Below are positions 20,520 to 29,693 of a stretch of DNA of 64,000 nt, in pieces. Positions within the stretch are counted from its first letter, which is position 1, and every line of letters starts with the position of its first letter. Source of the stretch: Candidatus Latescibacterota bacterium (GTDB taxonomy: Bacteria; Latescibacterota; UBA2968; UBA8231); contig OZ242005.1 of the NCBI GenBank assembly GCA_965204725.1, positions 1,824,001-1,888,000 of the forward strand, read 5' to 3'. The notes below the pieces were generated by a model. It did not search any database and was not told the DNA's origin. It saw only the letters and a list, made by a program, of their open reading frames with translations. The position numbers and the translations under genes were made by a program.

Positions 20520-21317
20520 ATGCGCCCACTCTACTTCCTGCTCTTATGGCTGCTCCTCAGCGCGGCCGCTCCGTTTGACCACGGCCCGTTTGACCAAGTG
20601 CTGCAAGAATACGTCAACGACCAAGGCTTCGTCCGCTACGCCGCCTTAGCCAAAGACCGCGCCACACTCGACGCCTATGTCGATAGCCTCGGCCACTACA
20701 GCCCCGCAAGCCACCCCGACCGCTTCCCCGACCGCGCCCACGAGCTGGCCTACTGGATCAATGCGTACAATGCCTTCGTCTTGCGGGGCGTCATCGACGC
20801 CTATCCCATCGCCAGCGTCAAGGATGCCTTTGTATTCAGTGGCTTTTTTAACCGCCAGACCTTTGTCGCCGGGGGGCGCGAGATGACGCTAGACCACCTT
20901 GAAAACAAAATCATCCGCCCGACCTACCAAGAGCCGCGCATTCACTTTGCGGTCAACTGCGCGGCCCTTAGCTGCCCACAACTCGAAAACCGAGCCTTTA
21001 CCGGCCCCGACCTCGACGCTCGCTTGGAACGAGCACTAACGCGCTTTGCCCAAGACCCCAACCACGTGCGCTTGCAAGACAAGCGGCTCTACCTATCCAA
21101 AATCCTCAACTGGTACGGGGAAGACTTCACGGCGTGGTTCCCGCCCGACCGGCCCAATCCCGAGGCCGTGCCCACCATCGTCAACTACCTGCGCCCGTAT
21201 CTCCCCGCGGACTTAGCCGCTGAGCTGAGCGAGGACCTAACCATCGAATACAACGACTACGACTGGACGCTCAACGAGGACCGAGAAACCAAACGAAAGG
21301 AGAGCAATGACGGCTGA
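20520..21317 (+). CDS. DUF547 domain protein (secreted)
   Basis: LAYWINAYNA, EPRIHFAVNCAALSCP, SKILNWY..DF, YDWTLN. Confidence 0.92.
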   Translation: MRPLYFLLLWLLLSAAAPFDHGPFDQVLQEYVNDQGFVRYAALAKDRATLDAYVDSLGHYSPASHPDRFPDRAHELAYWINAYNAFVLRGVIDAYPIASVKDAFVFSGFFNRQTFVAGGREMTLDHLENKIIRPTYQEPRIHFAVNCAALSCPQLENRAFTGPDLDARLERALTRFAQDPNHVRLQDKRLYLSKILNWYGEDFTAWFPPDRPNPEAVPTIVNYLRPYLPADLAAELSEDLTIEYNDYDWTLNEDRETKRKESNDG

Positions 21318-21441
21318 AAGGGTCATTCTACTGGGGTTCTAAAGCGGCACTAGATTTTTCATTGACGCCGTTCTATCGCGTCCTGTATGTTCATAAGCAC
21401 ACCTCACCCCCATACATCCCAAACCCAACGAAAGGAGAGCA

Positions 21442-21786
21442 ATGACGATGGCTACCGTGCCCCCCACGATTGAAGAGCGTCTAGCAAGGCTTGAAGGCGT
21501 GTACGATCACCTCGCTTCCAAAGCAGACCTTGCTGAGTTGAGGGCTGTCTTAAAGGATGATATTGCGCGTTTACAGGCCGAGATTACGCGCGTCGAAAGC
21601 GGCCTCAAGGATGATATTACGCGATTGCAGGCCGAGATTACGCGCGTTGAGAGCGGTCTAAAGGATGATATTGCGCGATTACAGGCCGAGATGGCCGAAC
21701 TCAGGGGCAGCGTCAAAATTCTGGTTGTAGTAATGACTTCCGGCTTAGCTCTACTCAATATCGTTTTGCGGTTTTGGCCCTCGTAA
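21442..21786 (+). CDS. Membrane-anchored coiled-coil protein (DUF1640/CCDC90-like) with 18-aa repeats
   Basis: RLARLEG..HLASKADL neck, KDDI(A/T)RLQAE repeated three times, C-terminal TM; AAGGAG RBS. Confidence 0.8.
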   Translation: MTMATVPPTIEERLARLEGVYDHLASKADLAELRAVLKDDIARLQAEITRVESGLKDDITRLQAEITRVESGLKDDIARLQAEMAELRGSVKILVVVMTSGLALLNIVLRFWPS

Positions 21787-21834
21787 GCCCATGCCTACGC
21801 TAAAAGGGTAATGGTGCTGCGATGCGCTAAAAGG

Positions 21835-21875
21835 CAACAAGCCCCGCCGGGATAGGGTCTCGGCGGGGCTTGTTG
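21835..21875. terminator. Probable bidirectional terminator
   Basis: caacaagccccgccg / cggcggggcttgttg 15-bp stem between convergent genes. Confidence 0.7.
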
Positions 21876-21909
21876 GTGTACGGGGACGGACGCGGGCGAC
21901 TTAGGCGTT

Positions 21910-22746
21910 TCATAGAAAGAACGGATTGTGCTCCCGTTCTTCTCCAACCGTAGTAGCAGGCCCATGGCCGGGAAAAAGCGCGACGTTTGCGTCCAAGCCG
22001 AGCAGCTTCTCGGCCACTGCTTGGTGCTGCATCCGGTAGTTGGCCACGTTGCGAGTGCCCCCGAGGGAACCCGCAAAAAGCGCGTCCCCGACAAAGGCCA
22101 TTTCCTCATGGACCAAGCTAATGCCACCCGCCGTATGCCCGGGCGTGGCGCGAACCTCAAAGCGCAATTTGCCGATGGATACGACTTCGCCTTCAGCTAG
22201 CTCGCCGGCGATTGGGAGGCTGCCTATTAGGGCCAAGTCGCCGCGGTGGATCCGCGCCGGCGCGGCCGTGGAGCGAGCAATCTCGGCGAGGGCGCCGATG
22301 TGGTCTTGGTGTCCGTGCGTCAGCACGATCTGCTCAACCGTTAGCCCAGAAGCGGCCAACCGCTGGAGAATTTTATCCGCGTCGAACCCCGGGTCGATGA
22401 TCGCGGCTCGGCCCGTTGTTGCACAGCCGACGATGTAGCCGTTCATCAGAAAGCCCCGGCCGAGCACCATCATCTCCACCTGCGCTCCGGCAAGCGACCG
22501 GCCGGCCGGATTGCGCGGGAAAAAGGCCTGCGCGGCACTCGCCTGCAATTTGCCCGGGTGCAACCCAAGCGCACGGGCCAGCCGCTCGATGACCTCTGCG
22601 GTCGGGATCAGTTCGTAGGCTTCGATCTTGGCGATATTTCCGGCCGGCATCCCCACCCGATCGGCCAATGCGGCGGCCGCCATCTCCTGCCCGCGCCGGG
22701 CCTTGGCGATAACGTCGCCGAACTCGTCTTCTAATTGCGCGTACAT
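21910..22746 (-). CDS. MBL-fold metallo-hydrolase with N-terminal XRE-type HTH
   Basis: N-terminal KARRGQ...LADRVG...IAKIE HTH; THGHQDH, TPGHT, GDALFAGS, PGHG. Confidence 0.88.
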   Translation of the reverse strand: MYAQLEDEFGDVIAKARRGQEMAAAALADRVGMPAGNIAKIEAYELIPTAEVIERLARALGLHPGKLQASAAQAFFPRNPAGRSLAGAQVEMMVLGRGFLMNGYIVGCATTGRAAIIDPGFDADKILQRLAASGLTVEQIVLTHGHQDHIGALAEIARSTAAPARIHRGDLALIGSLPIAGELAEGEVVSIGKLRFEVRATPGHTAGGISLVHEEMAFVGDALFAGSLGGTRNVANYRMQHQAVAEKLLGLDANVALFPGHGPATTVGEEREHNPFFL

Positions 22747-22756
22747 GTCTCCTCGC

Positions 22757-23416
22757 TCAAGGATCGACCGAGCCGGCTTGCAAACTACCCAAGAACTCGT
22801 CAAAGCTGGCGGCCCACTGCTCAACGGTCTGGGCCGGTCCAGTCATCTTGAAAAACACCGTGCCCGAGGGGTGGACCGCTATGGCCCCGAGCATCCGGTA
22901 CCCGGGTTGGGGCGCGGCGTTCCCCATGCCCATGCCCATGCCCCCAGAAAAGGTGCCGCTTACATCGGCTCCGGTTATCGCTATATCTCCCACTTGCCGC
23001 GTCCAACGCCGCCCTTGGGCCGGCTGGCTGTCCTCCTGTTTGAACTGGCCGTACCAGCGCTCGATATTGGCCTCTACGCTCCCTCCTTGCCCCGGGCCAA
23101 AGAAAAATATGCCCAGTGTCGCTTCTCCGGCCGGGCCGGGGAGGCCGTATTGGGCCACCCGCATGGAGCTGGACGGCTGCTGCGCCACCCAGCCCTTAGG
23201 GGCCACCGCGCTGAGAGGCCCCAGCGTCTGGCGTCCGCTCGCCTGAGCGTACGTCGCAGGGGCTGATGTGGTGGAGCGGGCGGTGAATCCCCGCTCCGCC
23301 ATGGCCGCGGCCGGCTCTTGGTCGCTGAAATTTTGGCTGCATCCGATAAGCCCGAGGATCCCAGCGCAGATCCACAGAGGTCGAAGGGCGTCCTTTGGCA
23401 TCACAGGCTTCTCCAA
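22757..23416 (-). CDS. Hypothetical lipoprotein
   Basis: LIGC lipobox; SSMRVAQY, GGSVEANIERWYGQF, FFKMTGP. Confidence 0.75.
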   Translation of the reverse strand: MEKPVMPKDALRPLWICAGILGLIGCSQNFSDQEPAAAMAERGFTARSTTSAPATYAQASGRQTLGPLSAVAPKGWVAQQPSSSMRVAQYGLPGPAGEATLGIFFFGPGQGGSVEANIERWYGQFKQEDSQPAQGRRWTRQVGDIAITGADVSGTFSGGMGMGMGNAAPQPGYRMLGAIAVHPSGTVFFKMTGPAQTVEQWAASFDEFLGSLQAGSVDP

Positions 23417-23543
23417 GCGATGAGGGCGGCGAATAACTTAGCGCGCGAAAATAAGGCCGCTCGCATACCGGCTGTCAATTTTCTTCCGACTCGCTGGTCA
23501 ACAACGTCGGTGTTTCGCGCATTGTGCAACGCCCAATCCCAAT

Positions 23544-24731
23544 CTATATCACCCCTTCAGCCCGCAGCTCTTCCAACTCCCCGGCCGTCAGCCCCAAGAC
23601 GCCGCGCAAGACCTCCTCGGTGTGCTGCCCCAACAAGGGTGCTGGCTCGCGCAACTGGACCGGCGTCGCGGAAAAGCGCAGCGGCGAATTGGCCACCGCC
23701 TGTCGGCCAGCGACGGGATGCTCCAACTCGACGATCATCTCCCGCGCCGCCACCTGCTCGTCGTCAAAGACCTGTCCCACATCGCACAACGGCCCGCTCG
23801 GGACGCCGGACGCCGCTAGGATGGCGCACCATTCGTCAACGGTTTTCTCCGCTAGCACCCCTGCCAACACCGGCTCCAAAGCCGCGTGGTTGTCGGTGCG
23901 AAGCGCGTTGTTGGCAAAGCGCGGGTCGTCGGCCAACGCGCCGAGGCCCAAGGCATCGCAGAACTGGTGCCAGAGCCGGTCGTTGCCCGCGGCAATGACG
24001 ATGTACCCATCGCGGGCGGCGAAAAACTGGAACGGAGTAATGGCCGGATGCCGCGACCCCAGCGGCTTGGGCACTTCGCCAGATACGGCGTAGCGGGCGA
24101 GGGCGTTTTCCAAGAGGGCCACCTGACAGTCGAGCATGGAAATATCGACTTGCTGCCCCTCGCCGGTGCGCCGCGCCCGCTCTAAGGCCGCGAGGATGCC
24201 AATGGCCCCGAAGAGAGCCGCGCTCAAATCGGCAATCGACGAGCCGACCCGCACCGGCGGACCGTCGGGCTGCCCGGTGATGCTGGCCAGCCCCCCCATC
24301 GCCTGAATGAGTACGTCGTACGCGGGCCGCTGGGCGTATGGGCCGGTCTGGCCAAAACCCGAAATCGACGCATGCACCAAGCGCGGATATAGCGCGTGTA
24401 GGGCGGCGTACCCCAACCCAAAGCGATCCATGCGGCCGGGGCGAAAGTTTTCAATCAACACGTCGCACTCGCCGGCCAAACGCCGCGCCAAATCCTGGCC
24501 CCGCGCCTGTCGCAAGTCGATTGTCGCGCTCTTCTTGCCGCGATTGACGCTGGCAAAGTACGCGCTCTCGCCGTTTTGGAACGGCCCGAACCCCCGCGCC
24601 TCGTCGCCGGTGCCCGGCAGCTCGACCTTGATCACTTCCGCGCCCAAGTCGGCCAACACCATCGACGCGTACGGCCCGGCCAACACCCGCGTCAAGTCGA
24701 GCACCCGCACGCCATCAAGCAAGTGTTCCAT
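23544..24731 (-). CDS. CaiB/BaiF family III CoA-transferase
   Basis: VLDLTRVLAGP, DLGAEVIKVE, NRGKKS, ENFRPG, SGFGQTGP, P.LGQHT; ATG at 24731. Confidence 0.95.
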   Translation of the reverse strand: MEHLLDGVRVLDLTRVLAGPYASMVLADLGAEVIKVELPGTGDEARGFGPFQNGESAYFASVNRGKKSATIDLRQARGQDLARRLAGECDVLIENFRPGRMDRFGLGYAALHALYPRLVHASISGFGQTGPYAQRPAYDVLIQAMGGLASITGQPDGPPVRVGSSIADLSAALFGAIGILAALERARRTGEGQQVDISMLDCQVALLENALARYAVSGEVPKPLGSRHPAITPFQFFAARDGYIVIAAGNDRLWHQFCDALGLGALADDPRFANNALRTDNHAALEPVLAGVLAEKTVDEWCAILAASGVPSGPLCDVGQVFDDEQVAAREMIVELEHPVAGRQAVANSPLRFSATPVQLREPAPLLGQHTEEVLRGVLGLTAGELEELRAEGVI

Positions 24732-24732
24732 C

Positions 24733-26439
24733 TCAACCTCCGCGAGGGGCGACGAGCAAACCGGCCCCTTCGCCGGGCACGACCGCGGCCAACTCCGGCT
24801 CATACCCCAACTCCGCGTGTAGCATATCGGCAAACGCGGCGCGGCGTTCCCCATCGACGAACTTGCGATGGACCAACCCGCCGATGTTGCCGCCCCAGCC
24901 AGCACCCAGCCGCTGCACGGCCCCGGCCGTTGGGCCTGCGGCCGCGAGAAACCGATTGACCACCCGCACCCGCCGATCGTAGGCCGGCGTCATCCGGCCG
25001 TAGCCTCCCGGCAAAAAGCGCAGCTTGGTCCGCGCTTCTCCGCGCTCGGCCCGCGCTGCAAGCCGCGCCAACACCTCGTCTTCGACTTCTCGGTCTCGAT
25101 CGCCAGCATGCGAAATGCGGATCAGTTCCAAGGCCGTGGTCATATCGCCGGCGTTGAGGTACGCGAGCATCCCGGCCACCCGGTCCTGCTCGGCCAAGCC
25201 ATACACACAGCGCCGCCGCAGAAACAAGGGCGTGTCCGCGGCTAGGTGCTGGAACTTGCCGGCGACCTCGCGCTGGCAGAGGGCGTCGAAACACGCCCCA
25301 ACGCCGGCCGCCCGCGCTTGGGCAGCTAACTGCGCCAGACTGGTCTGCCGAGGGAACTGGCCCAAGACCCGGTATAACTCGGCCAGCGACAGGCCCAGCC
25401 GCTCGGGGGCGAGGTCGCGAATATAGCGGACGCGCTCGCACACGGCGTGGCTCTTGCCCAGCCGCGGCAAAATTAGCGCGCGGGCGACAAACGCACCGAG
25501 CGGATAGGCGATGACCGTCTCTTCCTTGACGGCTTCGTCGTATTCGCGGGCCACCCCGCTGTCGAGCACGATAGCGGCGTATTCGTCGGGCAATGCGGCC
25601 TCCCCTTGTACCCGGGCCGGAAAAACCCCAACGCCGACCAGCTTGCCCGCTCGGCCCAAGATCATCCCGCCGTGGTCGGCCGTGCCGCCGCGCGTGCCGC
25701 GCATCCACTCGGAGGTGCCCAGCCCATCGACCAAGGCCGCTTCAGGCATATCGCGGCGCGGCACCAATCCGTGAACCCCCATCGCCGCCAGCGCCGTCGC
25801 CACGACCAAGGCCGAGGATGAGCTCAGGCCCCCGCTGGGCGAGACATTGCTCCACACCAGCCCGTCGAAGCCGCCCAAGGCCACGCGGCCGCGGAAATAA
25901 CTCTCCAAGTACACGAGCTGCCCCTCGACCAGCACCGACCAGTTGTGGGCCAAGGCACTCCCGGTGCGCTCTAGGCGCTGACGGCACACTTGGCCCGCAT
26001 AGTCCATCAGCGCCGGCCGCTCGGCCACGCGGGCCTTTGGCAGAATCGTCCCCAAGTCGAGCTCAATGGGCGCGAAGCGATCTACCGGCGCGCCGCGGCT
26101 GCGCAGGAAGCTGGCGAGCCGCACCCGCCGGCTAGAGGCCGCCCGCGCCACCACCAACGTATCCGCGCCGCGCACGGCCATCCGCACCGAGGGCATGCCG
26201 CCGTAGTCAATGTGCATCCCCATGACATTGATCTGCCCGGGGCAGCGCACCACGACCAAGGGGCTGCCGTGGCCATACCGGTCGGCAAAGTGCCGCAGGG
26301 CCTCCAAGTAATTGGCCCGCCAAGCCGCCACCTGCTCCCGCCCGTAGAGCCGCTCGAACTCGCGGTCGAAGCGGCCCTGCTCAAGGGCGGCCTGCCACTG
26401 GCCTAGACTCGCTGTATAGGGATTGTTAGAGCGCACCAT
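24733..26439 (-). CDS. Divergent GHMP kinase (galactokinase-like)
   Basis: PGQINVMGMHIDY, PSGGLSSSSA ATP loop, GAGWGG. Confidence 0.8.
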   Translation of the reverse strand: MVRSNNPYTASLGQWQAALEQGRFDREFERLYGREQVAAWRANYLEALRHFADRYGHGSPLVVVRCPGQINVMGMHIDYGGMPSVRMAVRGADTLVVARAASSRRVRLASFLRSRGAPVDRFAPIELDLGTILPKARVAERPALMDYAGQVCRQRLERTGSALAHNWSVLVEGQLVYLESYFRGRVALGGFDGLVWSNVSPSGGLSSSSALVVATALAAMGVHGLVPRRDMPEAALVDGLGTSEWMRGTRGGTADHGGMILGRAGKLVGVGVFPARVQGEAALPDEYAAIVLDSGVAREYDEAVKEETVIAYPLGAFVARALILPRLGKSHAVCERVRYIRDLAPERLGLSLAELYRVLGQFPRQTSLAQLAAQARAAGVGACFDALCQREVAGKFQHLAADTPLFLRRRCVYGLAEQDRVAGMLAYLNAGDMTTALELIRISHAGDRDREVEDEVLARLAARAERGEARTKLRFLPGGYGRMTPAYDRRVRVVNRFLAAAGPTAGAVQRLGAGWGGNIGGLVHRKFVDGERRAAFADMLHAELGYEPELAAVVPGEGAGLLVAPRGG

Positions 26440-28675
26440 CCACGCTCAGAGAGATCCGACGCAAGGGGCGTATTTTGCGCTCGATCGTCGCGTAGTAATA
26501 CTGGAGTGCGTTATCTACGCGCAGGTTGAGCCGCACCGGGCCTAGCTGTCGGCTCAACTGCACATCGAGCAAGTAAATGGGCACATAGTCGCGCCCGCAC
26601 TCGGCAAAGAGGCCGGATACCCGTTCAAACCGGCTGAGGTATTGGAAATTTACCCGCCCACTCGTGGGGCCGCGCTTTCCCAAGAGGCCCAGATTGACGA
26701 CGTGGCGCGCCCGATAGGGAAGCGGTGCCCGATCCTTGTAGTCGCCGTGGCAGTACGGCGGCAGCACTTGGTCCGCATCGAGAAACTCCACGCCATCCAC
26801 CAAGGTATAAGCCGCCCTCGCCCCTAGGCCTAGCGGCAAGGCGACCAACAGCTCGCTTTCCAACCCGCCGACCCGCGCCCGCGCCAAATTCTGGAAGCGC
26901 GCCATGGGCACAACCCCGCCGGCAAAGGGGTCTGGCCGCGCCTCAATCAGCCCGCGGTATTCGTTCCAAAACAGGGCCATATCCAAGGCCAACCACGGGG
27001 CCAGCCCCTGCTTGATCCCGACCTCGCCCGACCAAGCCCGCTCGGGATTTAAGGCGGGATTGGGACAGACGCGGATACCCGAGGCCTCGGCTTGAGAAAA
27101 GACTTCGAGCACCGACGGTACGCGAAAGCCCCGGCCGAGCGAAGCCCGCAACGCGGTCGCCTCCGACGGCCGATAGGAAAAACCGACTTGGGGACTAAAC
27201 TCCCCGGTGTTTTTACTCTCGACCGGCGGCACCCCGCACGGACCAGCGGCCAACCGAGAGGCCGCCGAGAGCCGACTCCAGTCGTAGCGCAACCCGACCG
27301 TCCACTCGGCCAGCGGACTGATTTCATACACGCCTTGGGCATAGCCGGAGACGGTCGTCAGGGAGCGCGTCCCGAGGAAGTCGCTGGGCGAGCGCACCAA
27401 ATCGGCCACAGAGGCCAGCCCCAGCGTCCAATTCCAACCGCGCAACCCGGTGTAGTCGAACTGACCTTCGCCCGAAATTTTGTGCCCTTCCGAGGCCAAG
27501 CCCCCAGCCGCCGCGTTATTGGTAAAATCCGTGCGGTAATATCCCAGCTTGAGCCGGTAGCCCAACTCGCTGTGTACCAAGTGGTAGTACTCAGAATTGA
27601 GGTGCAGCTTCCACGAGGTGGAATGAGCCGAGGCGTCGCTTGCGGGCACGGCCAGCGGCTGGCTGCGGTCGCGCCACTGGACGAAGACCCCGAAGTCGTC
27701 GAGGGCCCAGTGGCTCATCACGCGCCAATAGCTCGTCGGCGAGAAGCGATGCACCGCCTTGGCGTAGAGGTGGTAGCGGCGGCCATCGCCGTTTTGGTGG
27801 TATCCCGTGCCCCGGTTGTGCCCTCCGCTCAGGGCCAAGCCGGTCTGGCCCCAGACCCGGTTGTGACTTGCGTCGAAGCCGACAAACTGCATCGGGGAAT
27901 CGGTCCAGCGCCACGGGCGGTGGGCTGGCGGGCTGTACAACCCGCTGAGCAGGCGGAAGCGAGTGCCCGGCGCCCGCGCCGGATCGCGCGTAAGCACGTT
28001 GATTACCCCGCCCAGAGCACCCGTGCCATAGAGGGCCGATCCCGCCCCTTTGACCACCTCCACGCGCTCGACTTGCTGCAAGGGCACGGCATCCCACTTG
28101 ATGTCACCCAGATCCGACGACAGCAGCGGGAATCCATCCACCAGCATGAGCAGCCGACTGCCCGTACCGCGGCTGTACCCGCTCGAGCCGCGGACGACGG
28201 GCTGGCTACCTACTTGGCTGACGCCCGAGACGTAGCGCAGAGGGCCGGTCAGGGAGAACACGTTGTGATCGGCGATGCGCTCGGCATCGGCCACTGAAAT
28301 GCTAATGGGAGCTTGGGCAAAAGTTTGGGAGCGGCGGGACGCAGAGACCACGAGCTCGGGCACTTCGACGGCCATAGGTTCGAGGGCGACGACGCGCTCC
28401 TCCCCGGGCGCGACCCCGGGCAGGGTGTGCGAGCGGTAGCCGATATGCGAACAAAGCAAATCGTAGCGGCCGGGGGGCAAGCCCTCAATCCGGCAGTAGC
28501 CCTCTTCGTTGGAGTAGCCCCCGAACTCCGTCCCCAGCACCGCCAACGTCGCCCCGGGTAGCGGGATTTGGTCGCTGGCGTCGCGGACGCGGACGACGAT
28601 ATCAGCGGCCGAGCTCGGCCAACAGTTCAGCAGGCAAAGCGCGCTCGCACAGAGCAACGCTAGGCTCGGTTTCAT
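26426..28675 (-). CDS. TonB-dependent receptor
   Basis: Signal peptide, carboxypeptidase-regulatory-like N domain, plug (VRGS...RVEVVKGAGSALYG..ALGGVIN), GRGFRVP, NPALNPE. Confidence 0.92.
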   Translation of the reverse strand: MKPSLALLCASALCLLNCWPSSAADIVVRVRDASDQIPLPGATLAVLGTEFGGYSNEEGYCRIEGLPPGRYDLLCSHIGYRSHTLPGVAPGEERVVALEPMAVEVPELVVSASRRSQTFAQAPISISVADAERIADHNVFSLTGPLRYVSGVSQVGSQPVVRGSSGYSRGTGSRLLMLVDGFPLLSSDLGDIKWDAVPLQQVERVEVVKGAGSALYGTGALGGVINVLTRDPARAPGTRFRLLSGLYSPPAHRPWRWTDSPMQFVGFDASHNRVWGQTGLALSGGHNRGTGYHQNGDGRRYHLYAKAVHRFSPTSYWRVMSHWALDDFGVFVQWRDRSQPLAVPASDASAHSTSWKLHLNSEYYHLVHSELGYRLKLGYYRTDFTNNAAAGGLASEGHKISGEGQFDYTGLRGWNWTLGLASVADLVRSPSDFLGTRSLTTVSGYAQGVYEISPLAEWTVGLRYDWSRLSAASRLAAGPCGVPPVESKNTGEFSPQVGFSYRPSEATALRASLGRGFRVPSVLEVFSQAEASGIRVCPNPALNPERAWSGEVGIKQGLAPWLALDMALFWNEYRGLIEARPDPFAGGVVPMARFQNLARARVGGLESELLVALPLGLGARAAYTLVDGVEFLDADQVLPPYCHGDYKDRAPLPYRARHVVNLGLLGKRGPTSGRVNFQYLSRFERVSGLFAECGRDYVPIYLLDVQLSRQLGPVRLNLRVDNALQYYYATIERKIRPLRRISLSVDGAL

Positions 28676-29114
28676 CGTCCAACCCAGCGAAATGGACCTC
28701 AATGTCGATATTGGGAGTGATCTGCCCGGGGTTGACTTCCACCGGCGCGGGGCGGTCGGCCCCGGGTAGGCGATAGCAGCCCAAAAGCGAGGTAAGGTCC
28801 CAAAATTGGCCCTCCTCGCGCCAAGCCACGATAATCCACTGATAGACGCCTTCCCCGTCTAAGGGAACGAAGTAGCTGTAGGACTCAACGCCGAGCTCGA
28901 CGTTGGTATCCCAGCCGTTGATGTTAAAAAAATCGGCCACTGAAGCCGGGGGTTCGCGATAGACGGCCACGGCCACCTGTCCCACCTTGGTCGGCCACTC
29001 GCCGACAAAGCGTAGCTGACCGGCAATCCCAGACTGCCCGGTGGCCTCGGCATCGAGACCGCGGTCGCAGCCCCAGCACAAGGCTAAGGCCGCGACCCAA
29101 CGCCAAAACGGCAC
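28602..29114 (-). CDS. Hypothetical lipoprotein
   Basis: Signal ending LCWGC; directly follows the upstream lipoprotein stop. Confidence 0.65.
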   Translation of the reverse strand: MPFWRWVAALALCWGCDRGLDAEATGQSGIAGQLRFVGEWPTKVGQVAVAVYREPPASVADFFNINGWDTNVELGVESYSYFVPLDGEGVYQWIIVAWREEGQFWDLTSLLGCYRLPGADRPAPVEVNPGQITPNIDIEVHFAGLDDETEPSVALCERALPAELLAELGR

Positions 29115-29642
29115 CTATCCAGCCGCCTCGGCCGCGGCAGCGGCAGCCGCTGCCGCTGCCGAGAGTTCGGCGACGTCAAACTCGACATCGTTGATGGTTA
29201 TCGTCCCGGTAGCCGAAAGGCCATCGGTCCCAACCGAAATATCCATATCGAGCACGAGTTCGGCGTCCTGTGATCCAGACAGGGTAATCGTCCCGGTCAA
29301 CGGAATGGGCGTCTCGGTCACGCCGACGTTCAAGACGCCGTTGATGATCAACGCGCCATCGGGCGAGAAATCCTGCAACGTCCATTGGTTGCCCTCGACC
29401 TCCACCGAGCCACCGCCCTCTCCGGCCACCGACGTCTGACCGACCGCCACTGCGAAAAAGACATTGGTAAAACTGGAAACCAGTGTGCCGTATAAGCCTA
29501 CGATCTCAGGCGTTATCTCGGCTGCCGGGGGCGGGTCAGGCTCCACTGGCGCGGAGGGTGTGGAGTCGTCGTCGCCACAGGCGACCAACACTAGGGCACT
29601 GCACAGGACTAGGGCCGTGGCTTTATCCAGCCATTTACGCAT
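29115..29642 (-). CDS. Hypothetical acidic lipoprotein
   Basis: LVACGDDD lipobox; Ala-run C-terminus. Confidence 0.75.
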   Translation of the reverse strand: MRKWLDKATALVLCSALVLVACGDDDSTPSAPVEPDPPPAAEITPEIVGLYGTLVSSFTNVFFAVAVGQTSVAGEGGGSVEVEGNQWTLQDFSPDGALIINGVLNVGVTETPIPLTGTITLSGSQDAELVLDMDISVGTDGLSATGTITINDVEFDVAELSAAAAAAAAAAEAAG

Positions 29643-29693
29643 GATATTATCCTTCCTAAAAAATTAAATGGGCTAAGCGGTTAGATACCCCGC

